Assembly: GCA_963677485.1 (NCBI GenBank)
Contig: OY781964.1
Location: forward strand, 1,888,001 to 1,952,000
Direction: 5' to 3'
From: Armatimonadota bacterium
Lineage (GTDB): Bacteria > Armatimonadota > HRBIN16
Length of the DNA stretch: 64,000 bases
The notes under the pieces were generated by a model. It was not told where the DNA came from. It saw only the letters and a list, made by a program, of their open reading frames with translations, and searched no databases. The number at the start of each line of letters is the position of its first letter. Position 1 is the first letter of the stretch. The position numbers and the translations under genes are program-made. Below, one piece after another: positions 1 through 10,194 of this stretch.

Positions 1-264
1 CGTTACATGCGTGCAAGTGCGTATGTGGGTGAACGCGTTGACGAGATAGTGGATGCACTGCAGCTTAAGCGGGTAGCTACAGGCGCGAATGTCAGACTCA
101 TACTGGATAAAGATGGCGGTTCATTCCTGCGATCCCGCGAGGTAGACGGTTTGAAAATTATATCGCCTGTGCAAGCATATCTGGACTTGTCCAAGATACC
201 GGGACGTGGCGAAGAAGCGGCTGAAGGGATATTGAAGAAGGAGATTGAGCCGAAATGGCGGTAA
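1..264 (+). CDS. AbiEi-like antitoxin of a type IV toxin-antitoxin pair, C-terminal part (5' end outside the window)
   Basis: Frame is open from the window start. The C-terminal 'IISPVQAYLDL...GRGEEAAE' is typical of AbiEi-type antitoxins. It overlaps the downstream nucleotidyltransferase gene by 10 nt. Confidence 0.65.
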   Translation, partial: RYMRASAYVGERVDEIVDALQLKRVATGANVRLILDKDGGSFLRSREVDGLKIISPVQAYLDLSKIPGRGEEAAEGILKKEIEPKWR

Positions 265-1073
265 CTCAAACAGACTATTCTGGTGATCAGGTTGAAGCCG
301 CGAAGTCGGTGATGCTGGAATTGACACACCTGCTGGGCGAGTATAAAGATGACATAGTGATCATCGGCGGATGGGTTCCTGAGCTTCTGCTGTCTGATCA
401 TGTAGGCAACATTGACGTTGATCTAGCACTGAACCATCTGACACTACACGAAGCTGGCTACACTACAATCGAGAAGCTGCTTCTGTCTCAGGAATACCGT
501 AAGAACGTGGACCAACCTTATATCTTTTACCGCACAGTGGTCGTGAACAACAAAGAGATTGATGTAGAAGTTGATCTTCTATCTGGCGAATATGCCGGAA
601 CGAGCAAGAGCCACCGACACCAAAGTATCCAAGACATTAAGGCGAGGAAAGCGCGCGGATGCGAGCTTGCATTCGACCTGGCCTCCGAGGTGACAATATC
701 CGGTCATCTTCCTAACGGCGGTAAGGATACAGTCAAAGTGAGGGTGGCATCCATAGTGCCCTTCATCGTAATGAAGGGTATGGCGATCTACGACCGTCTC
801 AAAGAAAAAGACGCTTACGACATCTACTTTTGCCTTAAGAACTACCCGGGTGGCCTTGACACGCTTGTCGAAGAGTTTCGGCCGCACGCATCGAACGGGC
901 TGGTCAAGGAGGCTTTGGGGAAGATCGCAGGTAAATTCGCCACATACGATAGCGTAGGGCCGGTCCACGTGGCTGACTTCCTGGAGATAGTAGACTCGGA
1001 AGACCGTGAACGAGTGCAGCGTGATGCCTATGAGCGTGTGAGCTACCTAGTTGGAAAACTGGTAACTGAATGA
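255..1073 (+). CDS. AbiEii-like nucleotidyltransferase-fold toxin (type IV TA)
   Basis: 272 aa with 'IVIIGGW', 'GNIDVDL' (G-x-x-D-x-D NTase motif) and C-terminal 'K...KDAYDIY'. Confidence 0.7.
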   Translation: MAVTQTDYSGDQVEAAKSVMLELTHLLGEYKDDIVIIGGWVPELLLSDHVGNIDVDLALNHLTLHEAGYTTIEKLLLSQEYRKNVDQPYIFYRTVVVNNKEIDVEVDLLSGEYAGTSKSHRHQSIQDIKARKARGCELAFDLASEVTISGHLPNGGKDTVKVRVASIVPFIVMKGMAIYDRLKEKDAYDIYFCLKNYPGGLDTLVEEFRPHASNGLVKEALGKIAGKFATYDSVGPVHVADFLEIVDSEDRERVQRDAYERVSYLVGKLVTE

Positions 1074-1300
1074 CCCCAAAGTTGAATGAGGTCTTCTAAT
1101 ACAGTCCTTTCCGCTCATCTCCGACTAGTTATGAACACCCCTGTTTCTACACCAAACATTGAAAGAGATATGCGGATACCTGCCCCAAACCCGCATACGG
1201 CAAGCGATCGGCATCGCGCCATTTTCTCGTTACCATAGTCTATTACGTCAACCCAGGTTGGACAAACACAGTGCTGCACGACCGATCGGAGAAGACTGCT

Positions 1301-3928
1301 CTATTTCATCGGGCCGATCTTCAGAATGCGTGTCTGTGCATAGCTCATCGGCAAGGTCAGTTTGGGTCCCATACCCAGCTTCTGCCCGGTCATCAAATCA
1401 AAAACCGGCTCATTGCGACCGGTGTCAACCCGGACAGCTCCATCAGTGGACGCATGTAACGCCAGAACATCGCCGTTAGCATACACGATGCAATCCTGCT
1501 GCGTATACAGATGCACTCCAGCGGCAGCGGCCAGTTTCCGCAACAGAACCCTGTTCCAACCCGGCGTTCCCCAGAACACCGTAAGGCCTCCCTCACGCTT
1601 ACGGACAGCAACCGCAGTCGATCCATCGGAGTATCTACCTTTGATTTCGGAGGGTTTCGCGTCCGTCACCGCGAACGTCGGATCCATCTTTTCCGGCCTC
1701 ACGTAGAATACGCTGCCTATGAGCTCTTTACTTGCAGGAAGCGCATATGACTGATCGAGTTGAGCAAGTTTCAAGGAAAAGCCTGTCAACTGCTTCATCG
1801 CCGAGAGTGAGTGGTACAGACCATTAAAATAACCAGGGGCATATGCCCAGATGCACACGCTGCCTTTGGTCGCTTTCAATAGTGCTGCCCTTTGCCTGGC
1901 GTCCAGCTTCCAAGCGCCAGCGAACACATACATTTTCGCCTTCACTTTACCCGCAAGCACATCATCCAGCAGATACTGCCCAAATGGAGCTCCTATACGG
2001 CTCAGTTCACGGCGAGCTTCGGTGACCAACGGCCCACCCACCTTGTCGGAGCCATCAGACAGCATCAGCATGCTTTGCTCATCGAGAACAAGGGCGATTT
2101 CTGGCCGAAATGGCTTGGCATTGTTGATGTAGTAGTCATCCATCATCGCCATCTTCTTCATCTGCGCCCACATGCTGGGGCTATCAAACCAGCCGCTGGC
2201 CGCCAAATCCGCCCACCATGTGGCGAAGTTACGGGTGGCTTCCTGGGCCACATTTCGGGTAAGCAGTTGGTTGGTCTGATCCACCGATGTCAGCACCTGC
2301 TCTGTCCCCGAAAAGCCCTTCTCCGTCACAAGCGATGTGCGGGTGTCATCCTCATTCAGCCACATCTTGCCCGCCAGCGCCACGCTTTCTGCGGCAGTCA
2401 TGCAGGGCGAAGATTGCCCCAGTCCACGGTCGCCATACGAAATCGGTGAGCAGACGATGTCGATATCCGGGCAGTCGAGTATCTGGCGAAGCGCATAGTG
2501 ACCGGACGACCCCGCTCCAGTCGTCATTGGCGCGAATTCAAATACATAGCCGTAGAACACCAACACCAGTTTGCGGCCGGAGGTGGCCTTTCGAACTACT
2601 TTGGCGTAGTCGCACACGCTGTCCGCCATACTTTTCTGCTGGAACTGCACAAAGTCCATCACCTGCCGCTCGGTCTTCGGGTCACGGAATATCCCGCCAG
2701 GGGAGCTGTGCCGTCTCTCGGGGCCAGGAACTTCAGCCGTAGTCAGTGTGACGGATTTGTCATTCCAGGCCTGCTGTATCTCAAGGTCACTCTTGTACTG
2801 TGTCTTCAGCCATTTGCGGAAGGCCGTAGCGTCGCAGGGTGAATAGCCATTCAACGGCCGATCCCAGCTATCCTGGTAGAACCACTCACCGGTCATCTGG
2901 CCGTTCGGGTGGTAGCCGGCGATGTGCTCGCCTAGTGTGCTTTCAAGGTGCTGAACCAGCTTCTGCAGCCGTACCGATGCCTCTTTTTTGAATAGCTCAG
3001 AGGCCGGAGAGGCGGTGTTGGGGTGAGTGCCGCTCTCCCAGCGCATCTTCTCGTCAGGATGCTGTGCCAGCCACCATTCAGGCGCATACACCTGTATTCT
3101 GGGGATAAGCAGCGCCTTGGGGTTGGCCTTTAGTGCGATATCCAATATGGCATCTACATTACACCAGTCCTCTGGCTCGCCGGGTTTCGGCCAGGGGAAT
3201 GGGATGGTTGTGCTCACAAAGTGGACCCCAGCCGCGGCTGCCAACTTCACTTGAGACTCGAAAGGCCCGGGAGGCCATCCGAGGAACTCATAGACATCTC
3301 CTGGTCGATAGAATGCTGTCTGTAACGACCTCTGGGTAGTAGACTTCATCCACAAGCTCACCCGATAGCGGTGAGCTGCTTCAAGCTTCAGGTTCGGCAC
3401 ATGGTGGATAAAGAAATCTGGCCAAACACCATCTGGAGGGTTGTTGATTTGAACATGCAGTCCGGCTGAGCCATCCTGCCCGACTCCGGGTTCCACACTT
3501 ACTTTGCCCACAAAATTCTTATCGTCAGGCGGCCATGTCAACCATTCTTTGGTGAATGATGCGTGGCCATCTTCGAAATCACAAACGGGGATGGTTTGTG
3601 CACCTGTAGTGAGGTCCACGACGCGGATGTTATCAATATAGACATCCCCTGCAGTGTGACCTAATCTCAGACGCATCGTCGCAGTCTTAAGCTCTGCTTG
3701 AAGAGGGGTGAACTCATATTGGATGATCTGAACCTTTGGAAGGATGGTGATCAATCCCGGCTGTGGCTGCCCCCAAAACATGCGCGCCCTGACAGGCTGC
3801 CCGTTCACCATGATCCGCGGAGCGCCTGACCGGCTTTGCACTCGCACAGTCAGCGGCTTAGCCTGTGCCATACTCACTGCGAGCATGACTACAGCTGTCA
3901 GCAGATTGATCGGACGACTGGGGGTCAT
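1301..3928 (-). CDS. Secreted GH42/beta-galactosidase-like glycoside hydrolase with an inserted carbohydrate-binding-like module
   Basis: 875 aa with a signal peptide. Motifs include 'GYHPNGQMTGEWFY', 'AFRKWLKTQY', 'SPISYGDR' and 'WLNEDDTRT'. Paralog of 30403..32346. Confidence 0.7.
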   Translation of the reverse strand: MTPSRPINLLTAVVMLAVSMAQAKPLTVRVQSRSGAPRIMVNGQPVRARMFWGQPQPGLITILPKVQIIQYEFTPLQAELKTATMRLRLGHTAGDVYIDNIRVVDLTTGAQTIPVCDFEDGHASFTKEWLTWPPDDKNFVGKVSVEPGVGQDGSAGLHVQINNPPDGVWPDFFIHHVPNLKLEAAHRYRVSLWMKSTTQRSLQTAFYRPGDVYEFLGWPPGPFESQVKLAAAAGVHFVSTTIPFPWPKPGEPEDWCNVDAILDIALKANPKALLIPRIQVYAPEWWLAQHPDEKMRWESGTHPNTASPASELFKKEASVRLQKLVQHLESTLGEHIAGYHPNGQMTGEWFYQDSWDRPLNGYSPCDATAFRKWLKTQYKSDLEIQQAWNDKSVTLTTAEVPGPERRHSSPGGIFRDPKTERQVMDFVQFQQKSMADSVCDYAKVVRKATSGRKLVLVFYGYVFEFAPMTTGAGSSGHYALRQILDCPDIDIVCSPISYGDRGLGQSSPCMTAAESVALAGKMWLNEDDTRTSLVTEKGFSGTEQVLTSVDQTNQLLTRNVAQEATRNFATWWADLAASGWFDSPSMWAQMKKMAMMDDYYINNAKPFRPEIALVLDEQSMLMLSDGSDKVGGPLVTEARRELSRIGAPFGQYLLDDVLAGKVKAKMYVFAGAWKLDARQRAALLKATKGSVCIWAYAPGYFNGLYHSLSAMKQLTGFSLKLAQLDQSYALPASKELIGSVFYVRPEKMDPTFAVTDAKPSEIKGRYSDGSTAVAVRKREGGLTVFWGTPGWNRVLLRKLAAAAGVHLYTQQDCIVYANGDVLALHASTDGAVRVDTGRNEPVFDLMTGQKLGMGPKLTLPMSYAQTRILKIGPMK

Positions 3929-4101
3929 GGGATCACCTCAAAGTATTGTTCATTAACGAGATGATACTGTCTTTTGCCCCTAAGCGCACGCATGGTGAAT
4001 CGGCCAGACGACCAGATCGAACGAAGTGAGCTAATGAACGACCTTCTCCTCCCATATCTGAGACGGTAGTTGTGAGGGTATACATTTATATGTTTCATTA
4101 A

Positions 4102-7100
4102 GTGCTATACTTAAGAACATACTACTCAGCCGGGGGTAACCGTGTGCGAAGAATGCTCGCTTTACTTCTCATATCGATGGTGATGCTGGGCTCAGGAACA
4201 TCTGCCCAGGATGCCGTCACCTACTATAAACAGGGCGATACTTTTCAGACTAGCGGCCAGTTTGTTGAGGCGGTTAAGTCATATGATAAGGCCATCGAAC
4301 TCGATAATAAGTATGTTGATGCCTTTATCAAGCGCGGCCAGTGTAAGCGTCAACTGAAGCCCCCCGACTATAACGGCTCGCTTGTTGATCTTAGCAGGGC
4401 CATTAAGCTTGACCCAAAGTCCTTCGTTGCTTATAACAGCCGAGGCGGCACCTATAAGGCCATGATGAAATACGATCTGGCTATGTCGGACTTCAATAAG
4501 GCCATTGAACTCGATTCAAAAAGCGAGAAAGCCCTATACAACCGCGGCACTCTGTGGCTGGATACCAAGGAATATACCAAAGCCGTCGCCGATCTGACCC
4601 TCGCCATCAACCGCGTCCCATCATATGTGTTTTCCTACTTTCAACGGGCCAAGGCCTACCAAGCCCTGAAGAGAGATCAAGACGCACTGGCTGATTATGA
4701 TAAAGCGGTGTCTATGGAACCAAAATACGCCGATGCCATGCACTACCGTTCAATATTGAAGCAAGCGATGGGTGATATACAGGGGGCGATTGCAGACTCC
4801 CGTAAAGCGGTTGAAATAGATCCCAAAAGCAACCTCTATAAGGCCCAACTTGGTGATCTCCTTAACGCTAAGCCTGTTGATGCCACCGTCGCTGACACGC
4901 CTGATAAACCGATTGCCTCTGTGAATTCAACATCAATCCCAATCACATTCCTTCCCGATAAACCGGACGATATTGCTATCTGGAACAATCCAGCGACGCC
5001 CTGGCAAAAAGGCGCGACCCCGATAACAGGCAACCTTACTGCTGCCGAGATGAACACTAACATGGATTTCAGCACGTTGGATTTCGACGGTTATCAGTCT
5101 GCCGTCATGGCCGCAATGGGCAGCATGCGGCTCGTATACGGCGATATGGCGCCAGAGGAAGAGGGTCGGTTCCAAGCTGGATGGTCGCCACTGATTGACT
5201 TCCCCACTCCGATAGGGCTCGGATACCTCAACAAGATGAATCCGCTGCTGCAGGAGTTTTTGCGTCTGCGCTCAGTCATGGTCTCAACCGCCATGCAGTT
5301 CGACGAGGCTTGGACTGAGGCAGGGGTTGCCGCTGGCTTCGGACTAGAAGATATGGCTGCCGGAGCACTTCAGAATGCGAATGTATATAAGCAAGGCCTT
5401 GTGAACCTCAAGCAGCGCATGGATGCCGTCGTCCAACAGATCACGGTACTCGGCGATCCACCCAACCCAATCGCCGCCAAACAACGCGCCAGAAAAAAAC
5501 TGGTACAGACGTTAAAGTCATTACCGTTTGTACAGATCACCCCTGCGAATCAGACCGTCTCGCTGGGGCAACCGTGCAAATTCATGCCGACTGTAAGGAA
5601 TATGCCTGCAGCAACTAAGCTATCATGGACGTTTGGTGACGGAAAATCGGCAGTCAAGCCGTCAGCTACCTCAGTTTCGTACGCCTACGCTAAACAGGGC
5701 ACATACACGGTCAAGCTCGTGGTCACAGATGCCAAGACAGGCGCAAAAGTTGGTGCATCCGAGGCAAAAGTGACCATAGGGGATGCTGCTCCCAGAGGTA
5801 GATATGTGTTGATTGATGTGACGTCGAAGATGGAGCCTGAAGAATGGCTTGAGGTTACCGGTGGTCTTGGTAGCATCACTGAAACCCACACCAGTCACGA
5901 AGATCCCAAGGATTCGACGAAAGAGACCGGTAGCTGTAGTGTGGAGTACAGTTGGACGAACCCGCCAAGCTACATAGACCCAAAGGTCAATACTAAGTTT
6001 ACGTCAAGGACAGCCTTCAAGAGTAGATCCGGACGCTGGAGCATCACGGTTCAGGGGCTTAACGCTGCTCTGCAATTCTTCAAGACTGACCAGGTAGATA
6101 TCATGAACCAGATATGGACAGGGCAGTTCAACAGTCTATCAATGATGGATATGGTCAGTATAGGCTCTACATCATTTCTTGATGAACCACGGATTTCAAC
6201 TGATGGGCCCAAAACCGAATGGCACGAAAAACCCGGCAAATATCCCCAAGAGCAGACTTGGACAGCCGAATCCGACCATATCGACACAAAAGATTGCCCA
6301 TTTGCGATGGTTGTGATCAGGGTTAGTTGCGGCTACCATATCGGGTATACATGCTATAAATACAAGTATGACCCCACCGGCGTCGAGCAGGCAATTAGCC
6401 TGGCGAAGATAGAACAAGCATCGAAGGAACAAATAGAGACGCAGACTGCGCAACAAGCCGCAGCTAATGCGCAGGAGCAGTCGAGGAAAGACGCCATCGC
6501 GGGTCATACCAGTACCATCGCGTTCTATACAACCAGCATCACCGGTTTGCGTTCACAGCTAGCTACAGAAACTAATCCTGACCGCACAAAGGAACTGAAC
6601 AGCCGGATCGTTGATGCCCTCACGGAGATACAACACGAGAAGGACCTGATCGCGTCGATCCAAACCGGCACCATCGTGCACAACCGCACGGTAGCAGAGG
6701 ATGTGCAGCACACCCAGCTCATAAACTCATGCTTCCGAGACATTCAGATTAGCAAGCAGATCCAAGACAATGCACTGCGAGCTCGAAACTTCTTCAAAGC
6801 GGCTGATAACCTGCAAGCACTCATCAACATCCTACCTCAGGCCGAGGCGGCTCAACTCCGTGAGTGGGCGAACAAGAAACTGGATGTCAAGGCGATGGTT
6901 AACCGCGATTCCTCCAAATTGAAGCAGATCAGCTCTGCCGTGTTAAACGTCGTTCAAGGTAAGAACCTGGGCGATGAGGCACAGGCCATGGAAGCCATCA
7001 ATACTCTTGAAGAGATCAAATGGGGAGCGAGTACAGCACTCATCGTAGTGGCTCCATTTGCTGCTGCTGAGGGCATCGTCGTCGGCTCGACACTGGCGGC

Positions 7101-8364
7101 GCAGGCTCCTTCATGGATCGCCACCGGATACGGTATCGGCACTGGCTACATCGAGGGTGGGCCAAAGCAGGCTATCATTACCGGCGCACGGTTCTACTCC
7201 TCATTTGTTGATGTCGCCATGGCCGGTATGGAAGGCTACCAGGCTGAAGAAGGTGGAGGGGTGAGTGGCGCAGCCAAGAACGTGGCAATTACGCTTCTCA
7301 TGCGTAAGGGCAGCGAGTTGTCCGCCAAACAGCTCATGCAAGGCAGGCTGAAGGCCAACCAGCCCGTACGCACCTGGAAAGAGGTAGTTGAAGACGCAGA
7401 TTTTGAACAGGCTAAGCAGGACGGCCAGTCGCTTGTGAAAAAGTACCAGGGCGACCAGGATGCATTTGATGCAATGGTGAACAAAAACAAACCTTCAAAC
7501 CAGAAGGCGCAGGAATATATCGCGGCTAATGCCAACAGTCTTGCCAAAACCAAAGAAGGTAAGGTGCTAACGGAATCTCTCGCGACAGTCGAAAGCAGTT
7601 ATACCGCGAAGATGGCCATCAACGAACAGAGCATATCTGCTGCGACAAAGCAAAACTACAACCAGAATCTGGAACTGTTCATGGAAAAGCCGGTCGTCGA
7701 CCGTACCAAGGAACTGATGAAGCAGCGCGGCTGGAACGACTTCGAGATGAATCAGATCCGACATGGTGCCAACATAAACAAGGTGGGACGTGACCATGAC
7801 CTGGCCGTTCAAGAAGAGGGTTTCGATCCTCAAAAAGGCGGGCAGAAGAAGACCATCATGGAGTTTCAACAAGAGTTGGAGCTGTGCCTCAAGCAGGCAT
7901 ATCAAGAAAACAGCGGAGGCCGCACATCAAAGATGGCCGACTGGAAGGCTACCACATCCGTCGACCCAGAGGCCTACATAGACAAGAGTGTACTGAACCT
8001 GAATAAGCTCCGCGATCAAGGTGGTGATCCTTACTCGATGTTGAACAAAGACCTTGCCGAGCAAACAGGCGGAGTCAACCTTTACAAGGTCAAAACGGCA
8101 CTTGCCAAAGGCTCACGTGAGGGCACTGCAGAGGCGTGTCGAACGCTCAGCAAAGAGCTTGACACTAAGATACTTCCGTCATGTCCTAAAGGTAGTTCTC
8201 AGGCAATATACTTCCTGAACTTGAAGAAGGCACTCGACAAAGGGGCGACTGACCCTCGGAATGGCGAAATGATGGTATACGGAATTACCGGCATCCGGCT
8301 CGAGGACCTGGCTTACAAGATCAAATTCGAGCTCATGAATATCACCCAAACAGGCAAGCTATAA
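4102..8364 (+). CDS. Large secreted TPR + PKD domain protein with a coiled coil and an uncharacterised C-terminal domain
   Basis: 1420-aa ORF (true start probably 4144 or 4153). It has a signal peptide, about 6 TPR repeats ('AYNSRG...AMSDFNKAIELD') and a PKD motif ('WTFGDG...YAKQGTYTVKLVVTD'). Confidence 0.8.
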   Translation: MLYLRTYYSAGGNRVRRMLALLLISMVMLGSGTSAQDAVTYYKQGDTFQTSGQFVEAVKSYDKAIELDNKYVDAFIKRGQCKRQLKPPDYNGSLVDLSRAIKLDPKSFVAYNSRGGTYKAMMKYDLAMSDFNKAIELDSKSEKALYNRGTLWLDTKEYTKAVADLTLAINRVPSYVFSYFQRAKAYQALKRDQDALADYDKAVSMEPKYADAMHYRSILKQAMGDIQGAIADSRKAVEIDPKSNLYKAQLGDLLNAKPVDATVADTPDKPIASVNSTSIPITFLPDKPDDIAIWNNPATPWQKGATPITGNLTAAEMNTNMDFSTLDFDGYQSAVMAAMGSMRLVYGDMAPEEEGRFQAGWSPLIDFPTPIGLGYLNKMNPLLQEFLRLRSVMVSTAMQFDEAWTEAGVAAGFGLEDMAAGALQNANVYKQGLVNLKQRMDAVVQQITVLGDPPNPIAAKQRARKKLVQTLKSLPFVQITPANQTVSLGQPCKFMPTVRNMPAATKLSWTFGDGKSAVKPSATSVSYAYAKQGTYTVKLVVTDAKTGAKVGASEAKVTIGDAAPRGRYVLIDVTSKMEPEEWLEVTGGLGSITETHTSHEDPKDSTKETGSCSVEYSWTNPPSYIDPKVNTKFTSRTAFKSRSGRWSITVQGLNAALQFFKTDQVDIMNQIWTGQFNSLSMMDMVSIGSTSFLDEPRISTDGPKTEWHEKPGKYPQEQTWTAESDHIDTKDCPFAMVVIRVSCGYHIGYTCYKYKYDPTGVEQAISLAKIEQASKEQIETQTAQQAAANAQEQSRKDAIAGHTSTIAFYTTSITGLRSQLATETNPDRTKELNSRIVDALTEIQHEKDLIASIQTGTIVHNRTVAEDVQHTQLINSCFRDIQISKQIQDNALRARNFFKAADNLQALINILPQAEAAQLREWANKKLDVKAMVNRDSSKLKQISSAVLNVVQGKNLGDEAQAMEAINTLEEIKWGASTALIVVAPFAAAEGIVVGSTLAAQAPSWIATGYGIGTGYIEGGPKQAIITGARFYSSFVDVAMAGMEGYQAEEGGGVSGAAKNVAITLLMRKGSELSAKQLMQGRLKANQPVRTWKEVVEDADFEQAKQDGQSLVKKYQGDQDAFDAMVNKNKPSNQKAQEYIAANANSLAKTKEGKVLTESLATVESSYTAKMAINEQSISAATKQNYNQNLELFMEKPVVDRTKELMKQRGWNDFEMNQIRHGANINKVGRDHDLAVQEEGFDPQKGGQKKTIMEFQQELELCLKQAYQENSGGRTSKMADWKATTSVDPEAYIDKSVLNLNKLRDQGGDPYSMLNKDLAEQTGGVNLYKVKTALAKGSREGTAEACRTLSKELDTKILPSCPKGSSQAIYFLNLKKALDKGATDPRNGEMMVYGITGIRLEDLAYKIKFELMNITQTGKL

Positions 8365-10194
8365 GAGACGAGGAGCTATACACTGTATACCGACAGTGTG
8401 CAGAACTTCACAATGCGCACGAACTGGGCCACACGATTCTGGCCCCCATGTTCAAAAACTCGAATTCGAGCATGATAAAAGTCATCTCATGACTATGATG
8501 ACCAAACCTATCTTGGAGATAGTGATGCGGATGCCGCCATATACCCGCACATTGGTGTCGTAGCAACAAAGCCGATTGAAGCATTATGGGATCAGATTTG
8601 ACTATATTGAACGTTAATAGTGCTATACTGATGCCAGACCACACGGTAAGTAGCTTGTCACGTCTGGTATAGGAGTTATACACATGTCTCGTTTACTCGT
8701 TATGACCACTCTGGTATGGCTATCTTTGCTTGCATTGTTATTCCCAGCTTTACCAGTCTATGCATGCAGCACAGTGCCAACGATAGCCTCTTTTACGCCA
8801 ACAAACGGGAAAGCAGGTGATGCAGTAACGATTACCGGCACATACTTCACCTTGGCATCTGTCGTGAGATTCAATGGCATACTTGTGACCGCACTGACCG
8901 TGAAGAACGCAACCACACTCATCTCCACTGTGCCAGTTGGTGCCACAACCGGTGCTATTTCCGTCGCTACTGCATTCGGTACCGCTTCGAGCGCAATCCC
9001 CTTCTACATCGCACCTACGATAAGCTCTCTCTCCCCGACTAGTGGTAAGGTTGGTAACATCATCACGGTCACAGGGACGAGCTTTACTGGAGCAACGGCG
9101 GTTCAATTTAACGGCATGGTTGCGGAATTCAGCGTGGCAAACGACACATCGATCACTTCTACGGTTCCCGAAGGAGCCACTACTGGTAAGATATCGGTCA
9201 CTACCCCAGGCGGAAATGCGGCAAGCGGTGCAGATTTTACGGTCGTTGAGACGTCAACACTAGCAGTTACGATCGATCCTGGTGGTGGATATATCGGGAA
9301 ATTCAGTGATATATCACTCAACTATCATCTGATAGGGCCACAATCATACACTGGAACATTGTTATTAGGCGATGACGGAAAATCAACTATAAGTGGGCTT
9401 CTCCCCGGTGCTTACAAGCTATCTCTCACCGGTAGTCATTGGTTGAGGCGGATTATAAAGGGCATCTATGTAGATGGTTCCAACAGCGTGAACACGGCAT
9501 TAGCCAATGGTGATGCTGATGGCAATGATCAAGTAAACCTGTTCGACTTCGTAGTGCTTGACTCCAAGTTCAACTCAGCCGATATCATGGCCGATCTTGA
9601 TGGCGATGGTCAGGTTAACCTTTTTAATTACATGATCATTGACCTGTATTTTGGCGCACAAGCAGACAGCCTTCTTCTTCTCGAACCTAAGCTGAACCCC
9701 AAAGATGGCGCGGAGATGGTGTGGGTGCCTTCGGGGGAGTTTTTGATGGGATCCAACTCGAATAATTCGGATGAAAGCCCCCAGCGATCGGTCTATCTGG
9801 ACGGATTCTGGATGTATAAAGACGAGGTGACGGTGGGGCAGTATCGCACGTTCTGTCAGGCAACAAGCCGTTCTATGCCTGGTGCACCAGATTGGGGATG
9901 GCAGGATACACACCCGATGGTGAATGTGAGCTGGCAGGACTCGACGGCATATGCCAGTTGGGCAGGTGCTTCGCTTCCTACGGAGGCTCAGTGGGAAAAG
10001 GCTGCTAGAGGTACAGATGGGCGACAGTATCCTTGGGGGGACGTGTGGAACACATCCAAATGTGCCAACGCTGGTAATTCGCCATCGGGTACGAAGCCGG
10101 TAGGCAGCTACCCCTCTGGTCTCAGTCCATTTGAATGCATGGACATGGCGGGCAACACATGGGAGTGGTGCAATGATTGGTATAGTACCACCTA

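Noticed and set aside
8408-8683. 91-aa minus-strand ORF
   Set aside because: It occupies the low-GC upstream region of 8684 and has no RBS or motif, so it is probably non-coding.
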